DNA from: Azolla caroliniana
Taxonomy: Eukaryota; Plantae; Polypodiophyta
Assembly: GCA_043228905.1 (NCBI GenBank)
Contig: JBHGNT010000017.1
Location: 18,104,001 to 18,168,000 of the forward strand
Reading direction: 5' to 3'
Length of the DNA: 64,000 bases
Shown here: in pieces, positions 26,201-38,518 of the stretch
Numbering within the stretch: the first letter of the stretch is position 1
How the letters are laid out: the number at the start of each line of letters is the position of its first letter
Notes under the pieces: generated by a model
What the model was told of the DNA's origin: nothing
Database searches by the model: none
Seen by the model: the letters and a program-made list of their open reading frames with translations, nothing else
Made by a program: the position numbers and the translations under genes

Positions 26201-29200
26201 ATTTGGGGAAAAAGAAGTTGTATATAGTTGCATGTTACATTCCTCACAAAGACTCAAACTACTATAGTAGGTTTGGGTTAGATTGTGATGATCCTTTTAT
26301 AGAATTATGCCATGATATACTTTCATTTGAGAAGCTTGGTAAAGTTTTAATTATGGGAGACTTCAATGTAAGAGTTGGAAATTTCCAAAATGTGGAGACA
26401 TTCGAAGAAAATGTAGTAGAACGTTGTCTATTGCGTGACTCAAAGGACTGTGTCATGTCAAATTATGGAAAACTTTTGATACATATGCTAAATTGCACAA
26501 ACTTGATTATCCTAAATGGTATAAAGGCATTCCCTTTGACAAATGTGCTCAAATGTTTACCATCCTCGGGTGGAGGAAGTGTGGTTGATTATGCATTAAT
26601 GTTGGCATGTGATCTATCATTGGTGAATGTGTTTAAAGTTGGTTCTCTATCTCCGAACTCAAACCACAAGCCATTGTACTTAGAGCTTGCAATTCCACAT
26701 TCCACTAGATGTCGTGGAGTGAAAGACGAAAAGAGGTGTATCATCCGACCTTGCTACGAAAAAGCTAAGATGTATGCAAATGAAGTGGAGAACCATTTGT
26801 TAAATTTTTCTCTAAACAACGATGTTAAAGAAAATTGGCAACATTTGAAGGATATAATCCTTAAGGTTAGATATCAATGCTTTAAGAGACATGTGGGTGG
26901 GCATAAGGTGTGTAGTTTTTGTTAAGGATTAGGTAATTAAGAAAGGGCTAATTATTACCTAATTGTGTGATTACGCAATTACGCGATTACGTAGCGGAAG
27001 ATTAGTGATATGTGTGTACGTGTGTGAGTGAGAGGAAGAGAGAGAGAAGTACACTTATGAACACAAGATGGGGGATGATTAACTATATTAAAAGGTAAAT
27101 ATCAACTATCATCATCAAATACAAAAATACCTTGAATGAGGTATATATAGGTTTCATGTGCAAGGGTGCACATGTGCTAGGAGAATATAGGTACAACGTG
27201 TAAGTCCTATATTAAATGAGGATGGAGTGGTGGATCTTCAATGTATCCCACTCAAGTACAAAATCCTATTTAAGGCTTTATGGTCAACACACTAACTAGA
27301 TTCTATCTAGGTAACGACTAAGTTACATGTGTTGACTAACTAACTAAACTAAGTTGAGCTTGATCTCTCAACACTCCCCCTCAAGCTCAAGTTCGGGGGC
27401 ATATGTATCCACTTCCACTTTGGCTTTCGGCGTTGTCCGGATCTTCGATTCGGTTGCATCGGCTTCGGCTTTGGATGGCCGATATTGACAGTTTCGGTTC
27501 CTCCCCCTCAAGCCTATGATGAAGGCTTGACGTGCGAAAATGGCGAAGGTCAACTGCTTGCACCCATCGTGGGTCATGAGCCCCTTCCGTAGGGCTCTCG
27601 AGTTCTTGTTCTGCCGCTACCTTCATCACGAAGGCGTAATGATGGGCCATATACTCGTTGTAGCCGAGCCGAGTGACGGGATTCTTCTCTCTAGAAGAAC
27701 GTCAAAGTTTTTCGCTCGCTGATGTGAGTGCCTTCTTTACTCTAGGTGTCTGCATGATGGGTAAACCAAACTCACTATCCAGTGAGGGAGTTTATCCATC
27801 CAAATCATTGCCGTCGGGGTGATCGACTTCGAATTTGAGCATCTTGCCCTTGCCCTTGTCCAGTTTTGGACTTGGCCGCGACATGCTTCGGTCGCGTGAA
27901 GACTCTTGTGGGCCACTAAGCTCGGTCGTGATCGGACTTTCGTCGTTCATGTGCATGAGCCGATCTTCAGTTTCTACCTCTTGTTCGGCATAATCCGCGT
28001 CAAGCGGAGTCGGAGTCGAAGCGGTCTCCGATGCGTACCAGGATGTGTATTCGTCAAAGACTATGTCTCGACTCACACGAACTTCTCGCGTCGAAGGGTT
28101 GTAGCACTTGTACGCCTTCTTCTTGGACAAGTATCCTATGAGGATACATTTCTCCAACTTTGCGTCGGACTTTTGTTGTTGTCCATTCGGGATGCGTACA
28201 TTCGCAATGCTTCCGAACACCTTGAGGTGCGACAGGATCGGCTTCCTTCCGACAAGGAGCTACTATGGAGTTAGCTCATGCACTCCATTAGTGGTGCATC
28301 GGTTCATGAGATAGACGGCTGTAGATGCCGCTTCGGCCCAATAGAAGTTCGGCATGTTCTTCTCATGTAACATGGCCCATACTACCTCGAGTATTTGCCA
28401 ATTCTTCCTTTCGGCGACTCCATTTTGTTGGGGTGTGTGTCGTCATGAGAATTCTCTCCGAATGCCTTCACTTTGGAGGTAGGAGGTGAACTCATCGCAG
28501 AAGTACTCCTTCCCTCCGTCCGATCGTAAGCATCGAATGTGCCGACCGGTTTCTTTCTCGACTTGGCGCTTGAGGTTTTGGAAGTGGGAGAGCACTTCGC
28601 TTTTCTTCTTCATCGGGTAGATCCACGCGTAGCGGGAGTAGTCGTCGATGAAGGTTACGTAGTATCGGCATCCGCCGATCGTCGGCGTTTGAGCCAGTCC
28701 CCATACATCCGAGTGTATGACATCGAGGAGGCCTTTGCTCGCGCGGCTCTCCGTCGGGAAAGGGAGTCGATGTTGTTTGCCGAGTTGACACGCTTCGCAT
28801 ACCCGATCGACTCGTTTCGACTCAAATGTGGGACGTCCGATGACAACTCCCTTTGTTTGCATCTCTCGAAGTCGTTGAAGGTTGATGTGGCCGATTCTCT
28901 TGTGCCACAACTCGATGCTTTTCTCGGTTTTGAGACCTTTAGCGAACATGGCCGATTTCACCTCGTTCGAATCGAGGATAAACATGTGGCTGTCTCTCCA
29001 CCCCTTAGCTATGAGTCAACCATCTTTTTCGATGAAGCATCCTTCTTTGTTGAAGCGGACTTGCATGCCTTGCTCCACGATTTGGCCGACCGGGACCAAA
29101 TTCTTTGTTATTGTGGGCACATGCAAGACATTCTTGATGCAAGTTTGCTCACCTTCTTTCCCGAATGGGACATTGCCGATGTGCCGAATGGGATGCGTGG

Positions 29201-29721
29201 TGTCGTATCTCGTCTCTATGAAGCCGGGTCGATCCGACGTTCGTAAATCATGAAACCACTGTTCGTGGGATGTCATGTGATGTGAGGCGCCGGAATCTAC
29301 GAACCACATGTCTTCCGGATTGGAGATACTTGCGGGGTCGGAAGCCTTCATAGAGTTCGCTCTATGCCGCATTACGAATAGTCCGCCGTAATCCTCGTAT
29401 TCTGAGTTGGCGGCGTAGTTTGCGAGTTGTCGACTTGTCGATGCCGACTCTCTTCTTTTCTTCCGACACTCCGCCTCGTAGTGGTCGATTTTGCCACAAT
29501 AATTGCAAGTTGCGGGCCTCATTTTCCGACCTTGTTCGGCTTGGAAGCTCTCCTTCTTCCGAAAGTTCCTCGATGGCTTCCTCTTCTACCGCCGCGACCT
29601 CTTCCTCGACCACCGTCCGAATTAGAGAAGAACATTTGTCCTTCCAGTGCCTAGCTTTTGGTTCGGACGTGGTTTTCTTCGACCAATAACGTGGTTTTCT
29701 CTTGCCAAGATTGTCGTCCGT

Positions 29722-30625
29722 TGTCATGAAGATTTTCGGCAATAGTGTGAAAATCCCATAAAACGTACAAAATCGAGTATGAATCACGTAATACAATAAT
29801 TGTGAAGATAACATTTTTAATATCTAAGTACAAAATGATGGAGGTTTCGAATGCACTTTATTACACGAGAAATGGACAACTAAATGTCAAGATATGAGGG
29901 TATAAAGTTTGTGAAAAGAAAAGAGAAAATTGTGAGATATCCCACATAGGCACGACAAATACGGCTCTCATCATATATAAGGTGGAGCAAAAGATATTAT
30001 CTTTGTGTCTATGTGTGGAGCATAGAGAGTTCAGTGGAGGTGGCTAGCTACTCGAAAAGGGTTTTGGCGGCATCCGACGGCATCCGACGGCGGCATCGGT
30101 ATCCGGCGAACCGGCGACTAGATAAAATAAATATATAAAAATATATACATATACAAGGAGGGCAAGTATGGATTCGAACCTTGCACCTCCAAGTTAGGAG
30201 TCAAATGGCTTACCATTAAGCCATGGTATTTAGTTGAAATTATATTTCTATCATTGTACTTTTACATGTAAATTCTCATCCATGAGTGCTAAAATGAGTG
30301 ACATGGTTAGCATGCACCACATGTAATACTTAAGCGCCAAATGGCAAACATGCAATTTATGCATGTCTTGTACCCTCACATGCATCATATGCATGAGAGA
30401 ATCTATAAAAGAGGGAAGGGGGAGGAGAAAAACACGGTTTTTTTTTTATGAAAATTAAGAAGAAGAAATTCGTTATCAAATCGATCGTGTAATCTCATCT
30501 TCTCTCTTTCCCAATCTATCTTAAGTACTTTCTCGCCAAAGCTTGTATCGACTCTAAATCCTTCTGGTCCAGAACCCCGGCGGTTCCGCCTCACGATCCG
30601 CGCGTAGTGACGAATCTTCACGACA
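29722..30625 (+). mobile_element. Solo LTR with 4-bp TSD inserted in gag of F
   Basis: 13-bp terminal inverted repeat TGTCATGAAGATT / AATCTTCACGACA; TSD CCGT; TATA CTATAAAAG at ~30403. Confidence 0.85.
30160..30230 (-). promoter_or_regulatory. tRNA-like Pol III A/B-box module within solo LTR
   Basis: Minus strand A-box TGGCTTAATGG (30213-30223) and B-box GGTTCGAATCC (30170-30180). Confidence 0.6.
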
Positions 30626-33600
30626 CCGTAGTGGATCGAATCGTTGTGCGAGGCCACCCAAGCATACTTGAACCATCTCGTCTTCGTCGACGTTTATGTT
30701 GATGGAGCCAAGCGAGTCGCAAATGCTCTTGATTTTAGCGGTGTAGTCCGACACAGACATGTCCTTGTGGCGAATGTTGTTCAACTCTTGGCGCAGTTCA
30801 AGCTTGCGGGCAGTCGTAGTGGCGGAGAACATTTTTTTAAAGTTCTCCCACGCCTCTTTAGGCATCTTGGCATCACGAATGTGGCTAAGCATGTGGTCGT
30901 GGACACATGTTGCCAAAAAACCGACTCACTCCTTGCTCCCACGTTGGGTAGTTCACGTTTCTGATGTCGGGCTTGTTCTCGAGTGCGCCGTTGAGGTAGC
31001 TCCAATACCCTTGACCGACGAGGTATTGGGTCATCTTGTACTCCCAAGATGAATAATTGCTCCGGTCTAGTTTTTCACTAGGGAGCGAGCGAGCTACCCA
31101 TTTGTGTGTTCATTTTGTTTTTGTGTCTTCCTTTTTGGCTCTTCTTCCTTCCGTCTCGTAGATGTGCTACATGGCGGCACTACGGTAGCGGATGGCCGGA
31201 ATTTGTCGTCGGCGTTTTGAACACACAATCACGAAGAGTCGGGTGGGCTTAGTGGATATGCTAAACCACACACTTTGATACCATGTTAAGGATTAGGTAA
31301 TTAAGCAAGGGCTAATTATTACCTAATTATGTGATTACGCGATTACGTAGCGGAAGATTAGTGATATGTGTGTATGTGTGTGAGTGAGAGGAAGAGAGAG
31401 AGAAGTACACTTATGAACACAAGATGGGGGATGATTAACTATATTAAAAGGTAAATATCAACTATCATCATCAAATACAAAAATACCTTGAATGAGGTAT
31501 ATATAGGTTTCATGTGCAAGGGTGCACATGTGCTAGGAGAATATAGGTACAACGTGTAAGTCCTATATTAAATGAGGATGCAGTGGTGGATCTACAATGT
31601 ATCCCACTCAAGTACAAAATCCTATTTAAGGCTTTATGGTCAACACACTAACTAGATTCTATCTAGGTAACAACTAAGTTACATGTGTTGACTAACTAAC
31701 TAAACTAAGTTGAGCTTGATCTCTCAATAGTTTTCCATGTAATTCTTGGTTCAACGATGAATGTAAGATGTATCTCAAATGGTTAAATTAAGTCCATTGA
31801 AGTGGGGAATGAAAAGATTGTTGCATGGCACATATACAAGAAAGTAGTGAGGAGAAAGAAAAGAAGATATTTCCAAATGCAAGAGATGAAAAAGAAAAAC
31901 TTGTTTAAGCTCAAACCAAAATTAGCATGGGGACAACTCAAGGGTAAGAAAGAAGATGTGAAAGGTCACTTTACAAATGAAGAGATGCTAGACTATGTAT
32001 AAAGGTTATATATGCATGAAGGTGTGACTCCTATGGTTGAGAAAATTGAAACTCCATGCACTACATGTATCGATATTGATGATGTCAATAAGGGAATAAA
32101 GAAGATGGCAAGTGAAAAAGCAGTAGATTCAACCTACGTCTCAAGTGAGCTTTTAAAATGGACAATGCCACACACTCATTGGATAATGATAATTTTAGAG
32201 CAAGCTATAAAACAAAGATTTCCAAATGATTGGCTTATGTACCATAATTTTGTTGAGACCCCGATAATCCACACAGGTGTAATGAGCCGTCCTTCTTCTT
32301 GACAAATAAGATTGGAGCCCCAACTGGTGATTTGGAGGGTTGAATGAAGCCCTTGGCGAGGTTTTCATCCAGATATGTGCGAAGAGCCTCAAGTTCGGGT
32401 TCAAATAGCCCATAGATGGGCCCAATGGTGGATGTGCGCCATCTTGGAGTTCGGTTGGGCAATCATAGGGGCGATGTGCCGGTAACCGGTCTGCATTTCG
32501 CTTTTCAAACACATCCAAAAAATCGCTATATCTTGCAGGCAAATTGGTGACAGGAATAGAGACGTCCTGTGACACAACGGGCACGAGAGTGACAAGACCC
32601 GTGCTGGTGTTTGTGGAAAGCTGATGGAGTGGTTACACCAATCCACCATCGGATTGTGTGTTTCCAACTAGGAGAGCCCTAAAACAATCGGATGTCGAGG
32701 AGTTGCAATGAGCTAGAATGTTAATACCTCCTGGTGGAGCCCAACTTGAAGTACCAACGAGACAATGGCTTTAGTAACTACCCCCGAAGAGAGGACCCGT
32801 CCGTCGATACCTTCAACGGATATGGGCTATGTTGTGCGGACGGTGGGGATTTTATGTGCTCAGATGACCGCGATATCGATGAAACAAGTGGATGCACCAG
32901 AATCGAGCAAGGCATGAGATTTTATTGAAATAGACCTAAAACTAAGACTTACTTGCAACGTAAAACCTCCTCCTTGTGTGACTAAATTGTAGGAGCACAA
33001 AGAAGTAGGGGGACGGGATGTGTTCAATGGCATGGCTCATATTGCAGCCGGACTTGCTCGTTTTCCTGTTGTCTAGAAAACCTCCGCAAGACATGTACGA
33101 TCATTTTCTTGTTGTCGAGAAACCTCTGCAAGACATGCACGGTAGGATTGATGACGAGGGTTGTGCATCGGGCAATGGTGGATGACATGGCTGGGGGCAC
33201 CACAATAGAGGCAGAGGCCATTGTCACGTTGATGTTGTCGTCAGACATCGGTTAATGGTTGGAACCTAGCATGGTCGATCTCCATTGGGGTACGAGAGTC
33301 AACCTCCATCAGGGTAAGAGTATCATTGGAAGACGGCAACCGTGGCATGCTTGGCGAAACTAATATATATGGCATTGTGAATGGAGCATTGTAGGAGGAA
33401 AACGGAAAGTCTTGAGTCCCCCGTTCCTCTTGTCGAAGCTCGAAAAGATGATTATCACATTGAACAACTTGGGAGATTACCTAGGACAATGATGTGGGCT
33501 CAAGAAAGTTTAAGAGAAGAGTCTTGACATCATTTCTGAGGCCTCGACGAAACTGGTCACATAAAGCTTGGTCATCCCAGATGACATCGCACGCGATCTG

Positions 33601-33915
33601 ATGAAACTCTCAAGCATAGACGGAAGCTGGATGAGAGCCTTGTTGTAAGGAATAGAGTTTCGTGAGAGCCATTCGTCGTTGATCTGTCTCTCCGAATGTG
33701 GCTTGAAGCTCCGCAAGGAAGGCAGGAAAGTTGTCTAAGAGTGGGGATGATGTCTCCATCAATGGTGCAAACCACGCTTGTGTCGGCCCCGAGAGAAGGG
33801 TGCCAACGAGGCCGACCCGAGAGAAATCACTAGCATAACGTTGGGGTTGTAAGCGGATGATAAGCCGAATTTGATTGATGAAGCCACGAAGATGCGCCCT
33901 CAAGCCGTTGAATTT

Positions 33916-34620
33916 TGACAGGAACTACGCGCTCCCAATGAACAATGCTCGGCCACAACCAAGCTTAGAATCAAACACAGAAAAACAGGAATGAATGCAC
34001 GACACAATGGAGAGAAGAGTACACAGGATGTTTACGTGGAAAACCCAAACACGGGAAAAACCACGGCAGTCCACTGACTGCTAACTATCACTATGTAACA
34101 ATATACAATAGATAAACACAGAGGCAACGACCTCTTGTTCACTATCTTTGCCACAAGCGGCGGTTACAACAGAGATACGAACTCTTCGTCTCTCTCTCTC
34201 TGTACACTGTTGCGCTCTAATCTTGCGCCAACAAGAATGACAACGACCACTAAAGTTTGCCCTAAGTCATATTTATACTAATATGACTTTTCGGCTATTT
34301 ACAAATATAGCCTCGATGGACTCTCAGAAACATATTTACGAATATGTCCCTTCATCCGGTGAGCACTCCTCACCCGGCCTGCATCATCCGGCGCTTGCCG
34401 GGCACACGTCATCCGGTTCTCACCGGGTCTTCCGTTGTCAGGTACTCCACATCCGGTTCTCATCGGGTCTTCACCATCCGGCTCTTGCCGGGTACTCGTC
34501 ATCCGGTTCTCACCGGGTCTTCCGTAGCTGGGTACTTTTCATCCGGTTTCGGCCTCGGCCGAGTTTGCTCATCAACACTATTCTTCTCACTTCCCATCCG
34601 GAGGGACTTGTTTCCTAACA
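33916..34620 (-). mobile_element. Solo LTR (same family as 6307-6949) in gag of G1
   Basis: TGACAGG...CCTAACA; TSD AATTT. Confidence 0.92.
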
Positions 34621-35236
34621 AATTTGTCAGGTAGGTTGACGTTAGGTTCTAGGACGTATGAATGGGAAGAGGAAGGGGTAACCGTTGGGTTAGGTGCTAA
34701 CGGAAGGTGAGGCTCAACGGGTGGAGGATTGTTGGTTGTGCTATTTTGAAGCTCTCGTAATGATTGACGAAGGCTTTCATTTTCTAATTGAAGTTGTTCC
34801 AAAGCTGCCATTACTTGGCTTAAGGCTGAGTCGGACATGGTAACAAGAAGAGAAGGTGAACAACTGTCACGGACTAGAAGACGAGGACAGGGACAAGTAG
34901 GCGAGCGAAATATTAACAGAGAGTGAAAGATAGATATATAGATAGGGAGAGAGCATAGACAAGAGAACAAGAGAGATAGAGCGAGAAGGTAGACAAAGAG
35001 AAAGAACTAGATTATGCTTCCGTAACTGGTGTTGTTCACCTTGATTGTGATCAAGGTGCACCGAAGTATTTATACAAGAATATGGTGGTATGCATGTAAG
35101 GTAGGAAACATCTAGAGAATGCATGGAAACTTCTAGAGAGTGCATGAAGGTGCATTCTCTAGAAGTTTCTTGAAAGTTCTAGTGATCAACTTACAATATA
35201 ATAAGTTGAAACTTATACAATATAATAATGCATAGA

Positions 35237-35308
35237 TGGAATGTAGTTCAATTGGTAAGGTTCCCCAATAAGTCCAAGAGGTCATGGGTTCAACCCCCTA
35301 CATTCCAT
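35237..35308 (+). promoter_or_regulatory. tRNA-like module in U3 of the G1 LTR
   Basis: Acceptor stem TGGAATG/CATTCCA, A-box TAGTTCAATTGG, B-box GGTTCAACCCC. Confidence 0.65.
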
Positions 35309-35321
35309 CATGTCTATGACA

Positions 35322-38165
35322 GATTGTCCCTTCTTAGTAAGTTGTGTAAGAGGCAAAACAAGCTTTGAGTAATCCTTTATAAACTTGCAGTAGAAATTGG
35401 CAAAGCCTAAAAATCATTGCACATCTCGCAACGAACGCGGAGTTTGCCACTCTACCACCGTTTTGACCTTAGCCGGATCCATGGAGATGACATAGCCCAG
35501 AAATTCTACCTGATTGCACCCGAAACTACATTTTTCCAGCTTTGCATAAAGATCATGTTCTCAAGTCATTTTAATACTAATAGTACATGAGAATCATGCT
35601 CTTCTTGGGTCTTCAAATAAACTAGTAGATCATCCAAATAGATGATCAAACAAACATCCAAGAGATCTCGGAATATATCATTTGCCATGTGCTGGAAGAC
35701 TGTTGGCGCATTTGTGAGGCCAAACGGCAATGACCGTATACTCGAAGTGCCCATATTTGGTGCAAAACATGGTCTTCCATTCATCTCCTGGTCGGATCTA
35801 TACGAGGTTATAGGCTCCTCGTAAGTCGATCTTCGTGAAGAACCTTGCACCATTGATCCGTTCTAAAAGACTTGAGATAAGGGAAAGTGCATACCTATTT
35901 CTGTCTGTAACCTTATTCAGGCCACGGTAATCTACAACGAGACGAACTGATCCATCCTTTTCCTTGACGAAGAAAATGGGTGCGTCGGCTGGAGATTTCG
36001 AATGCTGAATGAAACCATTTTCCGAATTCTCCTCTATATAGGCTCACAAGATTTCTAGCTCGGTTGGTGACAAATTGTAGATCAGTCCCCATGGTGGCTC
36101 TTTCCCCGGTTGTAAATCGATGGGGAAATCATACGGTTGATGGTGAGGAAGCGTATTGGCTTGTACTTTATCGAACACATCGACATAATGATGATACTTC
36201 TTTGGAAGTTGAACGGTGGACTCCTCTTTAATGGTGTCTGAGGGCTTTACTAATATTGCGAAGAGAAACATTTCTTCCTTGTGTCCTTCTTCCCGAAACT
36301 GATGTAGCGAAATGGTTGCAATCTCATGAGTAGATCCTCGGGCTTTTCGATACCAGATTTCTCTTGTTCTCCAATCTACGTCTAGGTTATGTAATTCGAA
36401 CCATGGTTATCCTAAAACAATGGGGTGTTCTAGGATACTAATTATATTAAATTATACTACACATGCTAGATTATCTAGGACAATATTAGCGGGCTCTGAC
36501 TCTTCTATGATATTTCCGGAAGCAATGGGACGACCATCAATGACTACTACAGAGGCTGGACACATGAGTTTTCTGAGTGATATTTGATGACCTTGGGCAA
36601 AGTTCCTATCCATGAAGCAAGAATTAGCTCCAGAATCTAGAAGTGCTAAGACATGTACTGGAGGGGTACTTTTAGTACTAATTGTTACTTGGGCTACGAA
36701 CACATTGCTAACTTGCATAGAGGGAATGGAACCACTAATGGGCTGCACAGATCTAGGGTTGTCCAACCAAACGGCTCCCATTTTGGCTAGACTTAGTCGT
36801 TTAACTCTTCTTCTAATTGACTAAGGACATCGAATTTGTTCGCTAGATTTCGGCTATTCGTACTATTAGGACTATCAGATATTCCTACTGAAATAGACTC
36901 CGGTTTAGTACAATTAGAACTAGCAACTATTTGGTTTACCTGTCTTCTTGGCCTATGGGGACAATTTACTGCAATATGCCTTGGTCCACTGCACTAAAGA
37001 CATAGTCGATTTGCTCGGCGTCGCTGCTTTTCTTCTTCCGATAATGGTCCGCGACGACGTGTAGTGTCAATCTCCATCGGAGTTGGAGTATTCACTAGAG
37101 ATGCATTATATGACTCCCTCGGAAAAGGTTTCGCTACCACTAAGGCGTAGGTGGGCTCTGATCTTGCCCTCGGCGTCTGGAATTGCCGTCCGAACGTCGT
37201 TCGAAAAGGCAGTTGTCGCATCTCACCGCACGATTGATTGCTTCTGTTAATGACTTTGGTTCCTCGAGGAAGATCAAGAGTAAATCCTTGACATCGTTGC
37301 GTAAACCATAATGAAATTGCTCCATCAATGCTTGATCATCCCAAGGGATATCGGCAGCGAGTAGGCAGAAATCTGCAGCGTATGCGAAGGCTAGATGATC
37401 ACCTTGGCGTAATCATCGGATTTTGTTGATTGTTGTCCTTATGTTGTCAGTATCTCCAAAACAGGCTTTAAACTCACTTATAAATTCTTCAAAATTGTTT
37501 AGTAATGGAGATTCCTTTTCTAACAACGGAGCGAACCATGCCAACATTGAGCCACTAAGGAGAGTGCCTACTAGTCCCACTCATAATGCATCGGTGGGAT
37601 ATCAAGAAGGATGCATTTGACTCACTAAACGTACCTGATTCAGAAAACCTCTAAACTGTGATGGGTCCCATCAAATTTTGCGGGAAGACCAATCTTGGGT
37701 TCTTTGTGAATCCCTTTAGTGCTTGATCCTTGTTGTTGTAGTGATACAATAGTCGCTTCAAGTTATTGTACACGTAATGTCAGCTCCCCGTGTTGTTGTT
37801 TTTCCAACGCTATTTGTTGAAGATCCCCCAACAAACAATGATTTTCTTGTTCTAATGCTACAAATTTCTCTTTTAATCACTGGAGCTCCAAGAAAATAGA
37901 TTGGTATTCCTGAGTGCTAACAATTCCCATTTTACTAGGGAGGATAAGAGGATTAGTAGGAAGGGGAAAAAGGGGTAAGAAGATGAGGGAAACCGGAAAG
38001 AAGACAAGAGAATGGGGATATGTAAGAAGATAAAAGGAAGAGGAGGAGACGGGAGAAAGGAAAATCGGTTCAAACTGTCAAGAATAGTAATGAGACAGAG
38101 AAGAGATTAGTACTAAGAGGAATAGAGGGTGTAGAACACTCGAGAGAAGGAGAGAGAGAGAGAGA

Positions 38166-38209
<44 letters not shown>

Positions 38210-38518
38210 GAGGGAGAGAAAATGATGATGACAACGATATATTATGTGAGAAGAATATACAAGGAAGGCTAGGAGGCTTAAGACTAGCGTTGAACTGATT
38301 TGGTTTGTAATAATGCCTTGTGCCTCCTTTTATAGTGTTCTGAGGAGTACTCTTGAAGTTTCTAGAATGTTCCAGAGAAATCTGGAATATACATCAATTT
38401 TCTCTAATAGAACTTAAATGAAAATAATATCTTACGTATTATAATAAATGGTATAACGGTCAAGAGCTCGACGCATGTAACATAAGGTTATGGGTTCGAG
38501 TCTTGCCATATCATGACA
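35322..38518 (-). mobile_element. Ty3/gypsy chromovirus-type element G2, cut by G1 near the end of RT
   Basis: 5' LTR 38076-38518; gag TPMEID..RLCL; PR LLDSGANSCF; RT PFGLTNAP and YLDD. Confidence 0.88.
38442..38512 (+). promoter_or_regulatory. Degenerate tRNA-like module in U3 of the G2 LTR
   Basis: A-box TGGTATAACGG 38449-38459; B-box GGTTCGAGTCT 38493-38503. Confidence 0.5.

Larger units (their letters stand above)
26920..31729 (-). mobile_element. Ty1/copia element F, internally deleted (RT/RH missing)
   Basis: LTRs 26920-27373 and 31284-31729; TSD GTTTT; PBS TGGTATCAAAGT; gag, PR FVDSGAS and IN present; jumps from DPRWVQA directly to an RH-like C-terminus at ~27555. Confidence 0.93.
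24900..32234 (+). mobile_element. Degenerate LINE (ORF1 plus APE endonuclease/RT ORF2), interrupted by copia F and 3'-truncated
   Basis: ORF1 ~25082-25880 (coiled coil; AHRVGK..FVTEDRT); APE motifs FWNCRG, FLAETW, GDFN, VDY, NH at 25920-26700; ORF2 resumes 31730-32234. Confidence 0.85.
32235..35321 (-). mobile_element. Ty3/gypsy chromovirus-type (Tcn1/Tf1-like) element G1, 3'-truncated in RT
   Basis: 5' LTR 34865-35321 (TGTCA..TGACA); gag MSDSALSQ..LPDKF; TPMEID and CCHC; PR DSGA; RT start [25 protein letters not shown]. Confidence 0.88.

Noticed and set aside
35237-35308. Functional tRNA gene
   Set aside because: D and anticodon arms do not pair properly; kept only as a tRNA-like module
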